Shown here: piece by piece, positions 8,700-19,400 of the stretch
Layout: each line of letters starts with the position of its first letter
Position numbering within the stretch: position 1 is the stretch's first letter
DNA from: a virus
Taxonomy: Duplodnaviria > Caudoviricetes
Length of the DNA: 37,582 bases
Direction: 5' to 3' (one strand)
IMG/VR virus record: IMGVR_UViG_3300046721_000217
Span: 1-37,582 of that record
The notes under the pieces: generated by a model
Databases searched by the model: none
Seen by the model: the letters and a program-made list of their open reading frames with translations, nothing else
What the model was told of the DNA's origin: nothing
Position numbers and translations under genes: made by a program

Positions 8700-9314
8700 A
8701 TGCAGTTACCATCTGAAGCACTTGCCGTTCGAGACCGGTACGTCACGGCGTTCCCACTCTGGACGATGCCCGCCGGTCCAGCCGCGGAAGAACGGGCGCG
8801 GACCTGGACGTTGGGCCTGTGCAATCAGCTTGCTCACGACCTACCTGGGAAGGGGTACGGTACGAAGCGGGCTGAGAAGGACAGGCCCATCAGCAAGGAT
8901 GCGGTCGCGCAAACGCAGCCGAACGGGGCACTGTTCATCTGGGACATGCTGTCCGAGGCCGGGTCCGGGGCGCCCACGTTGAACAAGAACCCCGAGTCTC
9001 AGGACGTCACCGGCCAGATCTTCGTGGCGGTGGAGGGTGTGGACGTGATCGCCGGTGAGGGTCATGGCCCGGGTGGTGGAACTCCACCCCCTGCTGAGGT
9101 CCCCCCATACAACGAGGACTACAGTATCCAGTTCGGCAACGGGTGCAACCAGGCGTACAAGGAGGCGAAGCAGGCCGGCTACGACTCCGGTATGGTCGCA
9201 GTTCATGCGTCACGGGCGGCGTGGGACTACTACTCCGGGAAGCTGTCCTGGGACGATTCGTACAAGTTGCACCTCAACGACTTCCGGAAAGAGTACGGGC
9301 TGAAGCCCCTCTAA
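8700..9314 (+). CDS. Hypothetical two-domain protein
   Basis: AGGAG RBS; two domains joined by a GHGPGGGTPPP linker. Confidence 0.65.
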   Translation: MQLPSEALAVRDRYVTAFPLWTMPAGPAAEERARTWTLGLCNQLAHDLPGKGYGTKRAEKDRPISKDAVAQTQPNGALFIWDMLSEAGSGAPTLNKNPESQDVTGQIFVAVEGVDVIAGEGHGPGGGTPPPAEVPPYNEDYSIQFGNGCNQAYKEAKQAGYDSGMVAVHASRAAWDYYSGKLSWDDSYKLHLNDFRKEYGLKPL

Positions 9315-9323
9315 GGAGCAACG

Positions 9324-10271
9324 ATGCCAGCCACTAATCCTTGGGATGAGACCAGGCCTTTTGGGTCCGAGGCCGCGAATACTCTGGATACGATTATCCA
9401 GAACCTCAAGATGGACATCCGGGAGCGGCTGAACATCCAGCACGTGTTCGGACAGGACCAGACCCTCGACGGGGCACACCGGAACATCCGAATCCTGCCG
9501 GCTCACATGGCGGCGAACGTTGCGATCCTTGAGGGCCTCGGGTACAGCCTGACGGGTGCCGACGTTCACCCCATGATCGACGTACAGGGCACCCTGAACA
9601 CATCGGGTGCTCCGAACCTCGTGAACATCGACATTGTCAAGACGGCAGCCGGGCCGGGTCGTGCCATTTCTTACAAAGTCGGCGGAGTTGAAAAGTTCTA
9701 CGTCGACCTGGACGGTAACATCGCTACGACAGGTACGATCAGCGGTGTTGCGGCAATCACCTCAATCCCAGCGGGTCTGGTCTTCCCCTACGCAGGTCCA
9801 ACTCCACCCGGAGGGTACCTCGAGTGTGATGGTGCTGCGATCTCCCGCACGGTGTACAGTGCCCTGTTCGCGGCAATCGGTGGGTACTGGGGGGTCGGAG
9901 ATGGATCCACAACGTTCAACGTTCCCAACCTCCTGGGTCGTGTGGTCGTCGGCGGTGGTGCAGGAGCTGGTCTCACTCCACGTCCGCTGGGTCAGTATAT
10001 GGGTGAAGAGACTCACGTCCTTCTGGTCGGAGAGCTTGCGGCCCATGGGCACGGAATAGTTGATCCGGGGCACATCCATAGTGCGGTTTCCGTGATAAGC
10101 GGCGGAGGGGGGCCTAATGCATTCCCTGAAGCGGGTGACTACGTGACGGGTTCGGGCTTCTCTCCCACCGCTGCCGCCGTGACGGGCATTTCGATTGCGG
10201 CAATGGGCTCTAACGCACCTCACAACATCATGCAGCCTGGTGCGGCACTGAAGTATGTGATCAAGTACTGA
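9324..10271 (+). CDS. Tail fibre protein with phage tail-collar domain
   Basis: IPAGLVFPYAGPTPPGGYLECDGAAISRTVYSALFAAIG...GDGSTTFNVPNLLGR...HNIMQP...YVIKY. Confidence 0.9.
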   Translation: MPATNPWDETRPFGSEAANTLDTIIQNLKMDIRERLNIQHVFGQDQTLDGAHRNIRILPAHMAANVAILEGLGYSLTGADVHPMIDVQGTLNTSGAPNLVNIDIVKTAAGPGRAISYKVGGVEKFYVDLDGNIATTGTISGVAAITSIPAGLVFPYAGPTPPGGYLECDGAAISRTVYSALFAAIGGYWGVGDGSTTFNVPNLLGRVVVGGGAGAGLTPRPLGQYMGEETHVLLVGELAAHGHGIVDPGHIHSAVSVISGGGGPNAFPEAGDYVTGSGFSPTAAAVTGISIAAMGSNAPHNIMQPGAALKYVIKY

Positions 10272-10272
10272 G

Positions 10273-11832
10273 ATGCCACTCCCCAAGCGGAATCTACCGG
10301 TGCGGCCCATCGGGGGCATGGTTGCGATGGAACAGGCGCAGAACCTGGATCCATCGCAATCGCCTGATATGCAGAACTTCCAGGTGTATCAGGGCGTGCT
10401 GCGCAAACGGCCGGGGTTTCAGCCGTACCCACGGGGACTCACGTCAATGGGCGGCCGAGTCTGTGGGCTTTACTCGACACACGACGTGAACGATAAGTCC
10501 TACCTCTTCGCCGCCTGGGAGGACGGTATTGTCCTGTACGACGCACTCGCGCGTGTATGGAACCCTCTAACGGGGACAGCGTTGACTGGCCTCAACACTG
10601 ACCTGTTCTCCTGGGCGACCTCACAGGCCAAGGTTGCATTCTCACAGGGTGTGGATCCAGTTCAAATCATCGATCTGGTCACGCCTACCTCGTACGCCCG
10701 TCTCAGTGTGGACTGCCCCGCGGCTAAGTACATGACCCGCTTTGCGGACCGGCTGTTCCTAGGCTTCACCGTAGAGGCGACGATTCCGAAGCCGTTCCGT
10801 GTCCGGTGGCCGGTCAACAACGATCATACCAACTGGACTGGAATCGGCTCTGGGTTCCGCGATACGGGTGAGGAACCGAACTTTGTCCGGAACATTCTGA
10901 AGCTTCAGAACTCCCTTGGCGTCTACACCGAACGATCCATCTGGCTGGGTGAACGGACTGGAGCTGCTACTGCGCCTACTCGTTATACTCTGGTTGCTTC
11001 TGACGTTGGGCTTTATTCCGCTCGTACCCTTGTTGGGTTTCGAGAGAGCCATTTCTTTCTGGGTCCGGATAATTTCTACCTCTTCAATGGTGGAGCACCG
11101 ACCGCCATTGGTGAGGCGGTTCGGGACGCAGTCTTCTCTGAGTTGAATCCAGAGTCCCTCAACAACTCCTGGTCTACGATCCTCAGCGACACACAGGAGT
11201 ATCTGACGTTCTGTTGCACAGGGGACCGGAACTACCCTTCGAAGATTTGGGCCTTTAACTACGGTCGCAATATTTGGTACCCCTGGGTCGCTCAACGGCA
11301 TACGTGCGGTGCAACTCATCGGCTGGACGCTACGGTGCGCATCGACGATCTGATCGACACGATCGACGCGCAGACCTGGCTCTTAGACGATGTGTTCAAC
11401 TCGAACGCGTATCCTTCGCTTCTTACAGGGCATACCAATGGCCTCATCTACCGGTGGTCCAATTCATTCCCGTCTGACGATGGGATCGCAATCGATGCGT
11501 ACTGGACGTCCAAGGACCTTACAGCTGACGATGTGTCGGAGGGTTTCTCCCACCACTTTGTCCGCATTAAGAAGGTTGGCGTTTCATATCGCGACCCTGG
11601 ATCCGTGTTTACGCTCCTCTTCAGCTTCTCAACAAATGGCGGGCGGTCCTGGTCAGCGGAAGAAGCAGTGACCATGGGTGGGACATCGACCGGCGGACAT
11701 GGCGACGCAACGTGGTTTCGAGAGATCACGGACAAGCGCGTTAGAATTAAGTTCCGCAACAATAGTGCCAGTGAGACACCTTTGCTAACGAAGTTGTTCT
11801 TTGACATGGAAATCGACGCTCAGGTGTTCTGA
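10273..11832 (+). CDS. Tail nozzle / DNA stabilisation protein (P22 gp10 / T7 gp12-like)
   Basis: 519 aa, beta-propeller-like; LRKRPG near the N-terminus and a late FSTNGGRSWS motif. Confidence 0.75.
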   Translation: MPLPKRNLPVRPIGGMVAMEQAQNLDPSQSPDMQNFQVYQGVLRKRPGFQPYPRGLTSMGGRVCGLYSTHDVNDKSYLFAAWEDGIVLYDALARVWNPLTGTALTGLNTDLFSWATSQAKVAFSQGVDPVQIIDLVTPTSYARLSVDCPAAKYMTRFADRLFLGFTVEATIPKPFRVRWPVNNDHTNWTGIGSGFRDTGEEPNFVRNILKLQNSLGVYTERSIWLGERTGAATAPTRYTLVASDVGLYSARTLVGFRESHFFLGPDNFYLFNGGAPTAIGEAVRDAVFSELNPESLNNSWSTILSDTQEYLTFCCTGDRNYPSKIWAFNYGRNIWYPWVAQRHTCGATHRLDATVRIDDLIDTIDAQTWLLDDVFNSNAYPSLLTGHTNGLIYRWSNSFPSDDGIAIDAYWTSKDLTADDVSEGFSHHFVRIKKVGVSYRDPGSVFTLLFSFSTNGGRSWSAEEAVTMGGTSTGGHGDATWFREITDKRVRIKFRNNSASETPLLTKLFFDMEIDAQVF

Positions 11833-12215
11833 TGCGTATCAAAGACACATTCCCCTGGGCACAGCGCGAGGAGCCACGTGACATTAAAACACTCCTGCAG
11901 TGGTTCCGCCTCTTCTTCGCAGACACTGCCACAATCATCAACGGTGACATTGGCTTCGGAGATGGCGTTGACCCAGACAATATGGGCGGCGTTTGGGTTA
12001 CGATCCCAAACACTGGTTCGGTTGCCAGTGACGTTGCCGTCGTGCACAACTTGGGCGTGGTGCCAGTCGGATTCATTCTGATGGTTCCCCCTGCAACGGG
12101 GACGATTAACAAGGGAGCAACGCCGTGGACCACGTCAACGATATACATCAGGTGCAGCACAGCGAACCAAGCGTGCACAGTGTTCGTGCTGAACCCGAGG
12201 CTAACCCACGACTGA
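11832..12215 (+). CDS. Putative tail-associated protein
   Basis: TGATG coupling; VVHNLGVVP motif common in tail proteins. Confidence 0.65.
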   Translation: MRIKDTFPWAQREEPRDIKTLLQWFRLFFADTATIINGDIGFGDGVDPDNMGGVWVTIPNTGSVASDVAVVHNLGVVPVGFILMVPPATGTINKGATPWTTSTIYIRCSTANQACTVFVLNPRLTHD

Positions 12216-12661
12216 AGCTCCTCGTGATTCGTGACGAGATGCACGCGGCTGAACTCCTGGCGAAGTACCACGCGTTGAGCATCCCGAAGGAACATGTGCA
12301 GCTTTTCCAGATGCACCTGCTCGGCCGCCGGGATTCGGTCTTCCACGAAGTCGGCGACAACGAGGGCCTGGTGTTCTTCACTAACGTGATGCCGCGGTAC
12401 AAAGCCACGTTCGGTCTCCTGTTCTGGGATAGGAAGCTTTCTGCGAGACGCCGGGCCGCTGTTCGGGAGGGCATCGTCGACGCGTTCAAGAACTTTGAGC
12501 TTGTCCGTGTGCAGGCGGACATCTCAGCCAAGAATGCTCCGATGCGAACCTTCCTTCAGCGGCTCGGCTTCGTCTACGAGGGCACTCTCCGCTCCGATTG
12601 GGTCGATGAGTCTGGGATCGCCGATCGACTGACGTTCGGTCTCCTCAGGCAGGAGCTGTAA
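12125..12661 (+). CDS. GNAT (RimJ/RimL-like) acetyltransferase-fold protein
   Basis: RVQADISAKNAPMRTFLQRLGFVYEGTLR; start may be further downstream (ATG at 12239). Confidence 0.75.
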   Translation: MDHVNDIHQVQHSEPSVHSVRAEPEANPRLKLLVIRDEMHAAELLAKYHALSIPKEHVQLFQMHLLGRRDSVFHEVGDNEGLVFFTNVMPRYKATFGLLFWDRKLSARRRAAVREGIVDAFKNFELVRVQADISAKNAPMRTFLQRLGFVYEGTLRSDWVDESGIADRLTFGLLRQEL

Positions 12662-12662
12662 C

Positions 12663-14669
12663 ATGGCAATGGATGTCCCCGGCGATGACTTCTTCGGAAC
12701 GGGGTACGTAGCTTACAACCCGTATCAACAGCAGCAGGACAATCAGCAGGCGCAGACCCAGCAGAACTTCGAGAACAACCAGCAAACTACGCAACAGAAC
12801 TTCGAGAACCAGCAGACTCAGCAACAGGCGACGGCTGGTCAGTATCAGACCCAGCTGCCAGTATCGACCTCTCAGAACACCGGGATTAACGGGGGCGCGG
12901 GTGTGTCCAACACGCCAGCTCCGAAGCCGCAGTCGTACGGCTTCATGGAGGGCGTCGATCAGAACAAGATGAACGACCAGAGCGTGACGTCGCCAAAGTA
13001 CATTGCGTCACGCATCCTTGCTAGCGGCGGCTCGTTGCAGGACGCTGCGAAGGCGATCGGTGCGACTATGACAAGTCCCACCAACATGCGCCTGTCGACC
13101 GGTGAAGAGATCGATACACGGCGGGATGAAGAAGGCGCAAACGCCCTTCAGTGGCTCGTGCTCGGTGGAGGCGGTGGTGGAGCTACAATGCCTACAGCAA
13201 CTGGAGGACAGCAAACGTTGAACATGACCCCGGGCGCCAACGGGTCATATGCATACAACCCTATGCAACAAGGGGCGTACAACCCCTACATGTACGGGAT
13301 GGGTGGGAGTCAGTACGGTTACAACGGGATGACCGGATACGGGGGTAATACCGGCATCAACGGTGGCGGTTATCCAATGGTCAGTGAATATGCTGGCAAT
13401 GCTAACACCTACCGAAACGCCGGGTACGGCCTACCTGGGCAGACCTACGGACAGTACTCTCAGGGGGGCTACCAGGGTCTCACCGGTGGATATCAAGGTG
13501 TTGGCGTTCCGGGTCCTGGGGGTGGTCCTGGGCAGGACTACACTGGGGATACCGGAAGAGACGACGGTACTGGTACAGGTACTGGTACCGGTACTGGAGG
13601 ACAAACGGGAGGGGTGTACTCAGGCCCCATGCCACCGGATCTGGGCCCCCTACGGGAGCAGCTGTCGAACTACCTGATGGGTCAGCTTGCAGCGAACCCA
13701 ACACCCAGTCCGTACCCCGGTTCCCTTCAGACCGGTGATCCCTGGGGTATGATGGCTGCGTACGATAGGTACAGGGCGGGGCCGGATATCACGGACCAGC
13801 GGGTCCAGGGCATCGCCGGTACCTTCGGCGATGTGTACAACCAGGGCCGAAGCTTGATGCAGACCGGTGGGATGCAGGATCTCAACCCGTACATGGATGC
13901 GATTCAGAAGCGGTCCCAGTTGCAGATGGACAACAGCCTGGCGCAGATCAAGGAACAGTACGGGGCACTGGGCCTTGGTGCCGGATCTGATGTCAGCGGT
14001 GCACTGGCACAAGGCGCTGCTACCGGGACTGCACAGATGCAGGAACAGATGCTTGGAACTGCACTTCAGGCATCTATGGCTGCCGGACAGAACAGGGTGA
14101 GTGCGTTCCAAGGGATGGGTAACCTCGCCGGCCAGTACGGTAACCTCCAGCTTGGTCAGGGCCAACTGTGGAACCAATCCGCACAGGGCCTGCTGGGCGT
14201 AGGCGCACTCGAGCAGCAGGTGAACGAGGGCAACGTGAACCGCGGGTATCAGGAATACATCCGCCAGAACAGTCCAAGTCCCTGGACGCAAGCGGCGCTG
14301 GGTTACGCCACCGGATTCCCGCCGATGGGTCAGTCCGGCGGGAACGGCGGCGCATATGCGTCTGCGGGTGCTTCAGTTGCCACCGCACTGATAATCGCGG
14401 CCGCAATGTCCGATCGGAACGTCAAGGAAGAGATCACTCCGATCGACGTCAAGGAAGTCCTCAAGGGCGTTCGGTCGATTGACGTCACGCGGTGGAAGTA
14501 CATCAAGTCCGATCCGAAGCATATGGGCCCGATGGCACAGGACTTCAAGGAGATGTTCGGCGTGGGTGATGGTAAGGTCATCATGACCGTCGACGCCGTG
14601 GGTGTTCTGTACGGAGCGATTCAGGCCCTAGCGACGAAGGTCGAGGAATTGGAGGCGCGCCTTGGGTAA
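12663..14669 (+). CDS. Putative ejection/pilot protein with C-terminal peptidase S74 chaperone domain
   Basis: Q/G/Y-rich low-complexity body; SDRNVK...WKY...MGPMAQD followed by a coiled coil from 14409. Confidence 0.75.
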   Translation: MAMDVPGDDFFGTGYVAYNPYQQQQDNQQAQTQQNFENNQQTTQQNFENQQTQQQATAGQYQTQLPVSTSQNTGINGGAGVSNTPAPKPQSYGFMEGVDQNKMNDQSVTSPKYIASRILASGGSLQDAAKAIGATMTSPTNMRLSTGEEIDTRRDEEGANALQWLVLGGGGGGATMPTATGGQQTLNMTPGANGSYAYNPMQQGAYNPYMYGMGGSQYGYNGMTGYGGNTGINGGGYPMVSEYAGNANTYRNAGYGLPGQTYGQYSQGGYQGLTGGYQGVGVPGPGGGPGQDYTGDTGRDDGTGTGTGTGTGGQTGGVYSGPMPPDLGPLREQLSNYLMGQLAANPTPSPYPGSLQTGDPWGMMAAYDRYRAGPDITDQRVQGIAGTFGDVYNQGRSLMQTGGMQDLNPYMDAIQKRSQLQMDNSLAQIKEQYGALGLGAGSDVSGALAQGAATGTAQMQEQMLGTALQASMAAGQNRVSAFQGMGNLAGQYGNLQLGQGQLWNQSAQGLLGVGALEQQVNEGNVNRGYQEYIRQNSPSPWTQAALGYATGFPPMGQSGGNGGAYASAGASVATALIIAAAMSDRNVKEEITPIDVKEVLKGVRSIDVTRWKYIKSDPKHMGPMAQDFKEMFGVGDGKVIMTVDAVGVLYGAIQALATKVEELEARLG

Positions 14670-16479
14670 GTGGGTCTACGGGAATCAACAACAGAACGAT
14701 AACGCACTCACGGCGCGGATCATCGCTCAGATCGGTGATCAGATTACTCAGGCCCTTCTCACGAAGGCTGCGATGAAGCAGAAGGAGGGCTCATACAAAC
14801 AAGCGGCGTCGGACAACCTGACGAAGTTCGTTGGGATGACTGCGGACGAGCGGCAGCAGTTTCTCAACTCTCCAGGTGGGATCCAACAGGTCACCGAGAT
14901 GGTAGATCCTCACCTGTACTCTAAGCATGATACAGGGAAGGAAGGCTTCGCAAAACCGTCCTACGAGGGCATTCTCGGGATGGGCGCGGAGACTGAGCCG
15001 GAACGGGCGATTCGGGGCGGGAAGGAGGCGCAGGCAGCTAAGTTCGGTTTTGAGGCGAACAAAGCGGCACTGGAGCTCAACGAGAAGATGGACCAGATGA
15101 AGTTCCAGTCCGAATTCTTCGACATGGGCAAAAAGTTCGAAGCCGGTGGCGAGGACGCTCCTACACCCAAGGAGTACATGGGCGCTGCCCTGCGAGCTGG
15201 ATACAAAGAGGCCCTCTCGAATCCAATGTCTCTCCTGGACCCGGGGTCCCTCGTCAAGCAGGAGGAGCAGAAGGTCGTCGGATCGGATGCGTGGAAGAAG
15301 CTCAAGGGTGCTGAGATGCTCACAGAGCTCCAGAAGCAGCGTCCGGTACACAACCAAGAGCAAGCGGATCAGATGGTCAACCTGGGGAAGTACCTCGGGG
15401 GTGACACATCAGCCGTTGTGGATTGGACCAAGATCAACCCTGACTGGCGCGACGCCGAGAACGATCTGAAGAAACAACAGCTCGATGTGCAGAAGCAGGA
15501 GTTGTGGCGGAACACGTTGAAAGATACGTCGGATCTGTACACCACGATCGTGACCAACGGGGTCCCGGCAAAGGACGCAGAGAGGTTCCTCGACGAGTTC
15601 CAGAAGACCGGACGTCCACCCAAGGACATCCCGTGGCCACAGGACAAGATCAAGGTGCTGCAGGCTCAGGTCGAACAGGCCAACCTGAACAAGATGACCA
15701 TCGAGGCGAAGCACGCAGAACAGGAGCTACCGGAGTTCAAGCAGGCCCTCGACCTGTGGCGTGCCACCGCGTCGGACGACGTCAAGGGCCAGGCACGTGC
15801 GGCGAAGCAGGCCTGGGACCTCTTCTACAAGATGCACCCGGAGTACAAGGGCATGCCTCAGCCCGGGTTCTGGGACAAGATGCTGGGCTTCATGAAGGGC
15901 ACCGGGAACTATGCACAAGGTGCCGCGGGGGTCGCTGGAGCAACCGCATCAGACGCTGCCGCAGGCATTGCGGGCCAGCGGACACCCGATTCAGTGTGGC
16001 CAATGGGCCAGGATATCATGAACGTGTCCCGTGCTGTTGGGGGTGGGCTCACAGCTGCCGGGAACTATGTCGACTCCGCGGTCAAAGAGGTCGGCGCGGG
16101 TGCTGCGAACGCTGCCGTGTCAGCCGCAGGGTACGCCATCCCGGGTGCGAAACAGTTCACTGATAAGGGCAGGGCAGCCTTCGGTACTCTGGCCGACGCA
16201 TTCAAGGCAGCGGGGGAGAAGCCGTCGGACATCCAGGCGCCAGGGTTCCACCCGCCCACAAAGACCGGCAAAGTGGCGGAGACCCACCCCGAACTGGCAC
16301 GGATGAAAGAGACGCTCAAGGCGCAGCTCAAGGAGATCGGGAAGCGCCAGTCCAGCATGTCCGTGCAGGAACAGACGTACTGGTACGACATCGCAAAGAA
16401 CCTCGACGCAGCGAAGGACGACCCTGCTGCACTCGCTGCACTGTTCGTCCAGATCAACATGGGCTCCGGGGCCAAGTAG
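14662..16479 (+). CDS. Putative internal virion (ejection) protein
   Basis: 605 aa, helical and K/Q/E-rich with A/G-rich segments; lies between two other ejection-type genes. Confidence 0.6.
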   Translation: MGKWVYGNQQQNDNALTARIIAQIGDQITQALLTKAAMKQKEGSYKQAASDNLTKFVGMTADERQQFLNSPGGIQQVTEMVDPHLYSKHDTGKEGFAKPSYEGILGMGAETEPERAIRGGKEAQAAKFGFEANKAALELNEKMDQMKFQSEFFDMGKKFEAGGEDAPTPKEYMGAALRAGYKEALSNPMSLLDPGSLVKQEEQKVVGSDAWKKLKGAEMLTELQKQRPVHNQEQADQMVNLGKYLGGDTSAVVDWTKINPDWRDAENDLKKQQLDVQKQELWRNTLKDTSDLYTTIVTNGVPAKDAERFLDEFQKTGRPPKDIPWPQDKIKVLQAQVEQANLNKMTIEAKHAEQELPEFKQALDLWRATASDDVKGQARAAKQAWDLFYKMHPEYKGMPQPGFWDKMLGFMKGTGNYAQGAAGVAGATASDAAAGIAGQRTPDSVWPMGQDIMNVSRAVGGGLTAAGNYVDSAVKEVGAGAANAAVSAAGYAIPGAKQFTDKGRAAFGTLADAFKAAGEKPSDIQAPGFHPPTKTGKVAETHPELARMKETLKAQLKEIGKRQSSMSVQEQTYWYDIAKNLDAAKDDPAALAALFVQINMGSGAK

Positions 16480-19400
16480 ATGCCAACCAAAGACGAGATC
16501 AACGCGCGGGCGGCAGAGCTCCTAAAGAACTCGAACTATCGCTGGGCGAGCGAGATGGAGCCTTCACCCGAGCTGATCGAGAAGCTCAAGGGGCCCCGTG
16601 AGGGGAACTTCCAGGAAGATGCGTACGAAGACGCTGGCGACTGGGCCATCGGCTACGGCATGCAGTACTGGAAGGGTAAGAAAGTCCACGAGGGGATGCA
16701 CATCACGCAGGAGGAGGCGGACGAGGAGTTCGATCGTCAGCTCCATACGATCTACAAGCCCCGGCTGGACAACGCCCTCAAGATCCCGGTCAACCAGCAT
16801 CAGTACGATTCCCTGATCTCCGTCTCCTGGAACAGCCCTGCGGCGGGGGAGAACCTGGCGAAGAAGATGAACGCCGGGAAGGTCCTCGGGGAGCACGACT
16901 TCACCGCCTCTGCGACAATCAAAGGCGAACCTGACAAAGGCCTCATCCGCCGCCGCAAAGCCGAGTATGCGGATTTCCAGGCGCCGGACGATACACCTCC
17001 CGTTTCCGATCAGCGGAGGATGGAACCGGGCCCCGTAGCGGCAGCTGTTCCGGCTCCTCCAAGCACGATGCCAGTGGAGGATGTTCCGCAACAGGAGATG
17101 CCTCCAACAGATACTTCCCCGCAGCGGTTTGACCCACGTATCGACCCTGGTGTCTCCGGGCCCATGTCGGCTCCGCAAGCGCCGATGCCGCCACAGCAAT
17201 TCCCTATGGGCCGGGCACCGCGGATGTCAGGGCCGGCGGCTCCGGTCGCACCCGGACAACCTGGTGTACAGATGTCCCCGCAGCAGATGCCGATGACGCA
17301 GCCGGGGCCGATGCAGCCGCCGATGCCTCCCCCTGGGACGTTCCCTTTCGCAGGAGGGCCCAATGCGTCGTTCACAGATCCCCGGTCCGTCAAGGTCACG
17401 AATCCGGCGTCAGAGGCCATACCGGAACCTGAGGGGCGTCCAACCCTGTTCGGGATCGCACCACCCAAGGATAACAGCCTTGGCCCGCGGACCGTCTCCG
17501 AAGACGTGGAGATGAAGGAGATCCTCGACTCTCTCCGCCCGATGCCTGGCCCAACCGTTCAGCAGATGCGGCAGTTTGCCCAGGACCACTCGAAGATGGG
17601 GATCGACTACACCCATCCAGGTCAGGAGGCAGAAGACGCAGTGGGGCCGAAAGTCAACACGTACATGGCCCCAGGGGATCTGGCAGCTGCATCCGGTCGA
17701 TCAGCAGCGCTGGGTCTCGCACAGGCGATTATTGGTCCGTTCGGATCCCTTGCGCCGAACACGTGGAAGTCGTTGACCCTGGCGCAGCAGGAGCAGCAAC
17801 AGAAGCTGAAGGGCTACCTGTCGACGGATGAGATGACCAAGGCGATGTCCGGCCCGTTCGGTCCTCCGACGGACACCACACGAGGCTTGCTGACGGCGAC
17901 CCCTGCCTTGGCTGGTGAGGTCGTAGGTTCGTTCATCCCAGGTGAGCCGATCATCAAGGGGGCGGACAAATTCGCACGTCTTGCTGTGAAGTCACCCTTC
18001 GCTCGGAAGTTCGTTGCAGCAGCCGTTGGTACCACCGCCTTCAGTGCGTTCGCGAACATCGAGCCTGGTGAGTCCCGTTCTGTGATGATCGGGAAGAATC
18101 TGGCACTGTTCGGTGCAATGGATCTGGCCTTCCGGCACATCGGAACAGGTCTACAGGAGGAGTTGGGCGGTGTGTATCACGACACCGTAGATCGTGTAGC
18201 AAAGGCTACCGGAAAAGCTGCCGATCAGGCGGAAGACGCTCTAATCGCGATGCGGGCGAATCCTGCGAACGGTAACATCGCAACCGCGAAGGCAGTGATC
18301 AACATCGGAGCAGAAGACGCGAATGTACGGATGTCGCCTCTGTACAATGCGGCCGCGAAGGTGTACGAGAACGAGATCCAAAAGCACTTCCCGAAGAACC
18401 TCGTGCTGGACCCGATGCTCGGGGACAACTTCGGTGTCAAGTTCAATCTGTCGATCGGTGATCAGCCTCTAACACCGGTGCACCTCACATCGAACCCGCA
18501 GGACCATGGGCAGTTCGCCAAACAGGTTGCCACGATCAGGGAACAGATCAGCAAGGCGTGGGAGCAAGGCACTCCGATTAAGGTGGATAACATTCAGATC
18601 GGGAACGAGGGCACCAAGTCCAGGTTCTTGAACTTGATGTACCGTCCGATCACCGACGCGAAGGAGATGGTCCCCGGCGCCGCAAAGGTGAACACGGCTG
18701 CGTTCGGCGGGACCATGCCCAAGCCGGGTGACACGGTGCACGTTGTCACTGCGGATGGCACCGCAGTCCACACGGTAGTCGAGTCCCCGCTGCCGCGTAC
18801 ATACGATGCCGCAGGTACCCGTCCATTCGTCCCTGGTGGCACAATCGATGAAGCAACGGAGTCTCTGAATCCGAGTACCGGTCGTATCCATCGAAAGGAG
18901 GACCCAAATACACGGCTGCGGGCTCGGGTAGCTGCGGCCCCGCCGACAGGCGTTGACCAGTGGGCAGCGACGGAGTCCAGGGGCACCGGTCGCAATCCGG
19001 ATGAGGAGTTCTGGGTCGACCGACCGAGCGGGGGCGGAGAACCTCCTTCGGGTGGCGGAGGTGGAGGGGATGAAGGTCCTTCACCGTTTACCCCGAAGAA
19101 CATCGATGCGGACTTCACTCCACGTGAGTTCGCGATGGATCTGTTCCACAGGATCAAAGCAGACGGTGGCACATCGTATCTCGACCCACAAAGGGGAGGT
19201 AAATCGCTCGCCGAGGTTATCGCGATAACAGCTGATCGTCTGGGTATGATCAACTCCCCTGAGGACGTCTTTGATATCATCACTCGGCCCCGCCGTGAAG
19301 TGATGAAGGAGTTCCTCGAGCGTCTCGCTGCAAATCAAGCAGATCAGCGACAGGCTGCAAGGGAGTTCTCAACGGCGGCTCGGGGTATGGCAGCACATGC

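Noticed and set aside
13565-13600. GGTACT-type tandem repeat as a contingency locus or array
   Set aside because: It is an in-frame Gly-Thr linker with varied third positions.
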